Under the pieces are notes generated by a model. The model made no database searches and was not told where the DNA came from. It was given only the letters and a program-made list of their open reading frames with translations. A stretch of 64,000 bases of DNA from Acetobacteraceae bacterium (GTDB lineage Bacteria > Pseudomonadota > Alphaproteobacteria > Acetobacterales > Acetobacteraceae), in NCBI GenBank assembly GCA_009693865.1, contig SHWL01000007.1, positions 645 to 64,644 on the forward strand, read 5' to 3'. Made by a program: the position numbers and the translations under genes. This document shows positions 59,100 to 64,000 of this stretch, piece by piece (positions within the stretch are counted from its first letter, which is position 1; each line of letters begins with the position of its first letter).

Positions 59100-61109
59100 A
59101 TGCCCACGATCCGCACCGTTTGCGCCCATGACTGTCCCGATATGTGCTCGATCCTGGCCCATGTGGAAAACGGCCGCGTGGTGAAGATCGAGGGCGATCC
59201 GGAGCATCCGTTCACCGCGGGGTTCGCCTGCGGCAAGGTCAATCGCGACGCCGATCTGGCTTACTCGCCGGAGCGTCTGACCACGCCGTTGCGGCGTACC
59301 GGGCGCAAAGGAGAGGGAAAATTCACCCCGATCACGTGGGACGCCGCGCTGGACGAGATCGTCTCGACCTGGAAACGGGTCATGGCGGAATCAGGACCGC
59401 TCGCGTTGCTGGGTTACGCGTACAGCGCCCATCAGGGGCAGATCAATCGCGGCCTGACGAACGGATTGTTTCACGCGTTGGGCTGCAGCAGGTTGCGTGG
59501 CGGCACGGTGTGCGATTCCTGCTCCGACGCGGCATGGGTCGCGACTCTTGGCGACGTGGGAGGCGCCGATCCGGAATCCGTCCAGGCGTCCGATCTGATG
59601 GTGTCCTGGAGCTCCGATCTGCACGCGACCAACGTGCATCTTTGGGCCGCGATCGAGAAACGCCGGGCCGCCGGAGTGAAACTGGTGGTGATCGATCCTC
59701 GCCGGACGCGCGCGGCGCGGGTCGCCGATCTGTGGTTGCCTGTTCGTATTGGCACAGATTCCGCGTTGGCCCTGGGCGTCATGAACATCCTGGCGCGGGA
59801 TGGGAAGGTGGATCGCGCGTATCTGGCCAGCCAGACGCTGGGTTTCGACCGCGTCGAACGCGAAATTCTGCCTCGGTTCACACCGGAGGCGACCGCGGCG
59901 ATCACCGGCCTCTCTGTCGCCGACATTGAAACGTTCGCGGCCTGGTATGGCGCGGCCAAAAAATCGTTCATCCGGATTGGGTTCGGGCTGAGCCGGTCGA
60001 CCGACGGCGGACAGAACCTGCGCTCCGTGGCGTTGCTGCCCGGAGTCACCGGCGCCTATGGCCGTTACGGCGGCGGCGCGTTGCTCGCGACAGTGGCGGG
60101 GTTCGAGTTCAATTATAACGCACTGCGCAAGCCGTCCGGCCCGGCGGAAGCGCGAACGATCAACCACCTGAAACTTGGTGAGGCATTGCGCGGCCTGAAC
60201 GATCCACCGATCCGGGCGTTGTTCATCGCCGCGAACAACCCGGCGGTCACCAATCCCAATACCGCGGTCATCCGCGCCGGACTCGCGCGCGAAGATCTGT
60301 TCACCGTCGTGCACGACCCGTTCATGACCGAGACAGCGAAGTTCGCCGACATCGTGTTGCCGGCGACGACGTATCTGGAGACCGACGACTTCTACCGCGC
60401 CTATGGCACGTATTACATGCAATATGGGCAACGGGTCATCGAACCATGTGGCGAAGCCTGGTCCAATCATCGTCTGACACAGACCCTGGCCGCGCGTCTC
60501 GGCGTGACGGATCGGGTGTTTCAGATGTCGCCTCCCGAGTTGGTCGGGGAATTGTTCCGGGGCGCGACAGGCGCGCTCACGCGGTTCGATCCAGCGGGAT
60601 TGCTGGACGGCAAAGCGGTATCGATTGGCGGCCGCGGCGGGCAGGTCTTCGCCACACCGTCCGGGAAGCTGGAGTTTTATTCCGGGACCCTGGCGAAACA
60701 AGGCCTGCCGCCGATGCCCGACTGGCGTCCGGATCCCGAAGACACCGGCGACGGAAGGCTGCGTTTGTTGACCACGCCGGGTTACTTCCAAAGCCACACG
60801 GCGTTTTCCGCCAATGCATTTCTGCGTGAGCGTGAGGGTCAGCCGCATGCCGTGCTGCACCCGGACGACGCGGCGGCGCGCGGTTTGAGCGAGGGACAGC
60901 GCGTGCGCCTCCGCAATGAACGGGGCGAGGTCGGGTTGATCCTGCATGTGCGGGATGAAATCCAGCCAGGCATCGTTCTGGTGCCGGGTCAGCGGCCTGA
61001 CGATGAAACAGTTGGCGGTACGGTCAACATGCTCTGCGCGGACGGCTTTACCGACATGGGCGAGGGCGCGACGTATCAAAGCACCTGGCTTGATGTGAGC
61101 GCGTGGTAG
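59100..61109 (+). CDS. Molybdopterin-dependent oxidoreductase (MopB-like, N-terminal 4Fe-4S motif)
   Basis: CAHDCPDMC..CGK, VIDPRRT, ADIVLPATT, LHPDDA. Confidence 0.9.
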   Translation: MPTIRTVCAHDCPDMCSILAHVENGRVVKIEGDPEHPFTAGFACGKVNRDADLAYSPERLTTPLRRTGRKGEGKFTPITWDAALDEIVSTWKRVMAESGPLALLGYAYSAHQGQINRGLTNGLFHALGCSRLRGGTVCDSCSDAAWVATLGDVGGADPESVQASDLMVSWSSDLHATNVHLWAAIEKRRAAGVKLVVIDPRRTRAARVADLWLPVRIGTDSALALGVMNILARDGKVDRAYLASQTLGFDRVEREILPRFTPEATAAITGLSVADIETFAAWYGAAKKSFIRIGFGLSRSTDGGQNLRSVALLPGVTGAYGRYGGGALLATVAGFEFNYNALRKPSGPAEARTINHLKLGEALRGLNDPPIRALFIAANNPAVTNPNTAVIRAGLAREDLFTVVHDPFMTETAKFADIVLPATTYLETDDFYRAYGTYYMQYGQRVIEPCGEAWSNHRLTQTLAARLGVTDRVFQMSPPELVGELFRGATGALTRFDPAGLLDGKAVSIGGRGGQVFATPSGKLEFYSGTLAKQGLPPMPDWRPDPEDTGDGRLRLLTTPGYFQSHTAFSANAFLREREGQPHAVLHPDDAAARGLSEGQRVRLRNERGEVGLILHVRDEIQPGIVLVPGQRPDDETVGGTVNMLCADGFTDMGEGATYQSTWLDVSAW

Positions 61110-61241
61110 GGTGATCCAACCCCTTCTCCGGACGTCAGGGGCAGCGCATATTCGCGGTTGAGCCCTCGGGACCGCCGCGACGGCAACGACCCACTGGAAG
61201 TCGCGCGCCGCGAACCTGGCCTCGCCTGACGGAGTAAGCCG

Positions 61242-63434
61242 ATGTCCGAAACCCTGCTTCGCCCCCCTCCCGCGCTGTTCATGCCGCCAAAGCAGCCGGC
61301 CAAGCCGCTGACCAGGCGGTTCAAGGTCGTGTCCGAATATCAGCCGGCCGGCGACCAGCCCACGGCGATCGTGGAACTCGTGCGCGGCGTCGCGGCCGAG
61401 GATCGCGATCAGGTGTTGCTGGGTGTCACCGGCTCCGGCAAGACGTTCACGATGGCCAAAGTGATCGAGGCGGTGCAGAAGCCGACGTTGATCCTGGCGC
61501 CGAACAAAACGCTCGCGGCACAGCTTTATGGCGAGATGAAAAGTTTTTTCCCCGACAACGCCGTGGAGTATTTCGTCAGTTATTACGATTACTACCAGCC
61601 TGAGGCGTATGTTCCGCGCACCGATACTTATATTGAGAAAGACGCCCAGGTTAATGAGCAGATAGACAGGATGCGGCACGCGGCGACACAGGCGCTGCTG
61701 GAGCGGAACGATGTGGTGATCGTGGCCTCGGTGTCGTGCATTTACGGTATCGGGTCGGTCGAGACTTATTCACGCATGGTCGTGAAGCTGGAAATCGGCG
61801 GCACCATCGATCGCGATTCGTTAGCCCGCGCGCTGGTGGAGTTGCAATACCGGCGCAACGACACCGCCTTCCAGCGCGGCGCGTTCCGTCTTCGTGGCGA
61901 GATCGTCGATATCTTTCCCGCGCATCAGGAAGACCGGGCCTGGCGGATCACGCTGTTCGGCGACGACATCGAAGCGATCCACGAATTCGATCCGTTGACC
62001 GGGGAGAAAACCGCCGAACTGAAGGAAATCACCGTTTACGCCAACAGCCACTATGTCACGCCGCGGCCGACTTTGGCGCAGGCGATCAAGGACATAAAAA
62101 TCGAGCTGAAGCAGCGAATCGAGGAACTGACCACCGAAGGCAAACTGCTCGAAATCGAGCGGCTTACTCAGCGCACGACCTTCGATATTGAGATGATGGA
62201 GACGACGGGCTCCTGTAAGGGGATCGAGAATTACTCTCGCTATCTGACCGGACGCGACCCCGGCGATCCGCCGCCGACCCTGTTCGAGTATTTACCGGAA
62301 AACGCGTTGCTGATCGTCGATGAATCCCACGTCACGGTGCCTCAGCTTGGCGGCATGTACCGCGGCGACTTCAACCGCAAATCGGTACTGGCGGAGTTCG
62401 GATTCCGGCTGCCCTCGTGCATCGATAACCGCCCTTTGAAGTTCGAGGAATGGGAACGGTTCCGTCCCATGACGATGTTCGTCTCCGCGACGCCCGGCCC
62501 GTGGGAAATGGAACGCACCGCGGGCGCCTTCGCGGAACAGGTCATCCGCCCCACCGGCCTGATCGACCCGATCACCGAAGTCCGGCCGGTCGAGCATCAG
62601 GTGGACGATCTGCTGGCGGAATGCCGCGCCATGGCGGCCAAGGGCAGCCGCGTGCTGGTCACCACGTTGACCAAGCGCATGGCCGAGGATCTGACCGACT
62701 ATCTGACCGAGCACGGCGTCCGGGTCCGTTACCTCCATTCCGATATCGACACGCTGGAGCGGATCGAGATCATCCGCGATCTGCGTCTCGGCGTGTTCGA
62801 CGTGCTGATCGGGATCAATCTTCTGCGCGAAGGTCTCGACATTCCCGAGTGCTCGCTGGTGGCGATCCTGGACGCCGACAAGGAGGGTTTCCTGCGGTCG
62901 CAGACGTCGTTGATTCAGACCATCGGGCGCGCGGCGCGTAACATCGACGGGCGGGTGATTCTGTATGCGGATGTGATGACGCGGTCGTTGCGAGCGGCGA
63001 TCGAGGAGACCGACCGGCGGCGTAACAAACAACGCACCTGGAACGAAGACAACGGCATCACCCCGCAATCGGTGCGCAAACAGATCGGCAAGGTGCTGGA
63101 AAGCGTGTTCGAGCAGGACTACGTCACCGTCGCCCCGGTGAAGGACTCCGGCATCAGCGACTTTGTTGGCAAGAACCTGAAATCCGCCATCGCCGACCTG
63201 GAAAAGCGCATGCGCGCCGCCGCCGCCGATCTGGAATTCGAGGAAGCCGCGAGGCTGCGCGACGAGATCAAACGGCTGGAGGCGCTCGACCTTGGCCTGG
63301 AACCGCCGCCACGGGCGAGCGCGAGTCTGCGGCCGAAACGGGATCGGACGCCGGAGCCGATGGGGCCCGGCGGTGGTGGCTACGATCCCTCCAAGCGGCG
63401 GGGACATGGCATGAAGCGGCGGCGTGGTCCGTGA
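61242..63434 (+). CDS. uvrB: Excinuclease ABC subunit B
   Basis: [38 protein letters not shown] domain [11 protein letters not shown]. Confidence 0.98.
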   Translation: MSETLLRPPPALFMPPKQPAKPLTRRFKVVSEYQPAGDQPTAIVELVRGVAAEDRDQVLLGVTGSGKTFTMAKVIEAVQKPTLILAPNKTLAAQLYGEMKSFFPDNAVEYFVSYYDYYQPEAYVPRTDTYIEKDAQVNEQIDRMRHAATQALLERNDVVIVASVSCIYGIGSVETYSRMVVKLEIGGTIDRDSLARALVELQYRRNDTAFQRGAFRLRGEIVDIFPAHQEDRAWRITLFGDDIEAIHEFDPLTGEKTAELKEITVYANSHYVTPRPTLAQAIKDIKIELKQRIEELTTEGKLLEIERLTQRTTFDIEMMETTGSCKGIENYSRYLTGRDPGDPPPTLFEYLPENALLIVDESHVTVPQLGGMYRGDFNRKSVLAEFGFRLPSCIDNRPLKFEEWERFRPMTMFVSATPGPWEMERTAGAFAEQVIRPTGLIDPITEVRPVEHQVDDLLAECRAMAAKGSRVLVTTLTKRMAEDLTDYLTEHGVRVRYLHSDIDTLERIEIIRDLRLGVFDVLIGINLLREGLDIPECSLVAILDADKEGFLRSQTSLIQTIGRAARNIDGRVILYADVMTRSLRAAIEETDRRRNKQRTWNEDNGITPQSVRKQIGKVLESVFEQDYVTVAPVKDSGISDFVGKNLKSAIADLEKRMRAAAADLEFEEAARLRDEIKRLEALDLGLEPPPRASASLRPKRDRTPEPMGPGGGGYDPSKRRGHGMKRRRGP

Positions 63435-64000
63435 ATTTTTCGATCTCGGACACAATTCCACGCGTTGCGCTGATCACCGGCGGCGGGCACGGAACTGGCC
63501 TCGCAATTGGCCGTGCGTTGGCCAATGCTGGGTTCGCGGTCGCGATGCAGTGCGATCCGGGAGGCAGCCCGCGGGACCTCCCCTCCGGGATCGTGGCGTT
63601 GCCCGCCGATCTGGCCGACGAAGAACAGACTGCCGCCCTGCCCGGCCGTGCCGCCGCCGCTCTGGGCGCGATCGGCGTGCTGGTGAATGCCGCCAGCCTC
63701 GCCGCGCGCGACACCTGGGATCAGGCGCCTCGCGCGATCTGGGACGCGCATATGCAGACCAATCTGCGCGCGCCCTTCGTGCTGATCCAGCATTTCGCAA
63801 AGGCGCTGCCGGAGGCCTGCGAGGGCGTGGCGATCAATTTGTTGGGCGGGGGAACAAGGCAGGATTACCTGTCGTATTCCCTGACCAAGGCGGCGCTCTG
63901 GACCCTTACCCAGACCATGGCGCTGGCACTGGCTCCGCGGATCCGGGTGAATGGCATCGCGGGCGGCCCCTCCGGGGGAGCAGACGAAATTGCCCATGCG
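63431..64000 (+). CDS. SDR oxidoreductase (pteridine reductase/FolM-like), runs off window end; absent from ORF track
   Basis: Hand translation from GTG overlapping uvrB stop: [33 protein letters not shown]. Confidence 0.85.
   Translation, partial: MNFSISDTIPRVALITGGGHGTGLAIGRALANAGFAVAMQCDPGGSPRDLPSGIVALPADLADEEQTAALPGRAAAALGAIGVLVNAASLAARDTWDQAPRAIWDAHMQTNLRAPFVLIQHFAKALPEACEGVAINLLGGGTRQDYLSYSLTKAALWTLTQTMALALAPRIRVNGIAGGPSGGADEIAHA

Noticed and set aside
61110-61241. LexA (GTTC-N7-GTTC) box upstream of uvrB
   Set aside because: No matching motif found by eye

Overview
High-GC alphaproteobacterial chromosome segment; gene content suggests Acetobacteraceae (Rhodopila-like), which is an inference. 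The housekeeping backbone includes holA-lptE-leuS, tkt-gap-pgk, argB, ccmCDE, acs, hemW, rpmB, ccmAB, acnA, recX, argD-argF and uvrB. It is mixed with many CoA-metabolism genes: three class III CoA-transferases, two crotonases, a HACL/Oxc-like TPP enzyme and an acyl-CoA synthetase. Small accessory inserts sit between core genes. There are five toxin-antitoxin-type pairs, three with a dead toxin beside an intact antitoxin, plus several pseudogenes and a deletion scar. No tRNA, rRNA, CRISPR array or transposase was recognised. The strongest unexplained signals are non-coding. (i) A 187-bp MITE (3 copies, 19-bp TIRs, 9-bp target duplications) carries a REPIN-like core that is inverted in one copy. 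(ii) A second MITE with CAT..CATCAGGATAA ends inserts at a fixed position in REP hairpins and carries REPs itself, giving nested arrays. (iii) An orphan ~190-nt structured element resembles an IS110/IS1111 non-coding end. (iv) An sRNA candidate lies upstream of rpmB. (v) G/C strand skew flips in a sawtooth pattern at accessory insertion sites.
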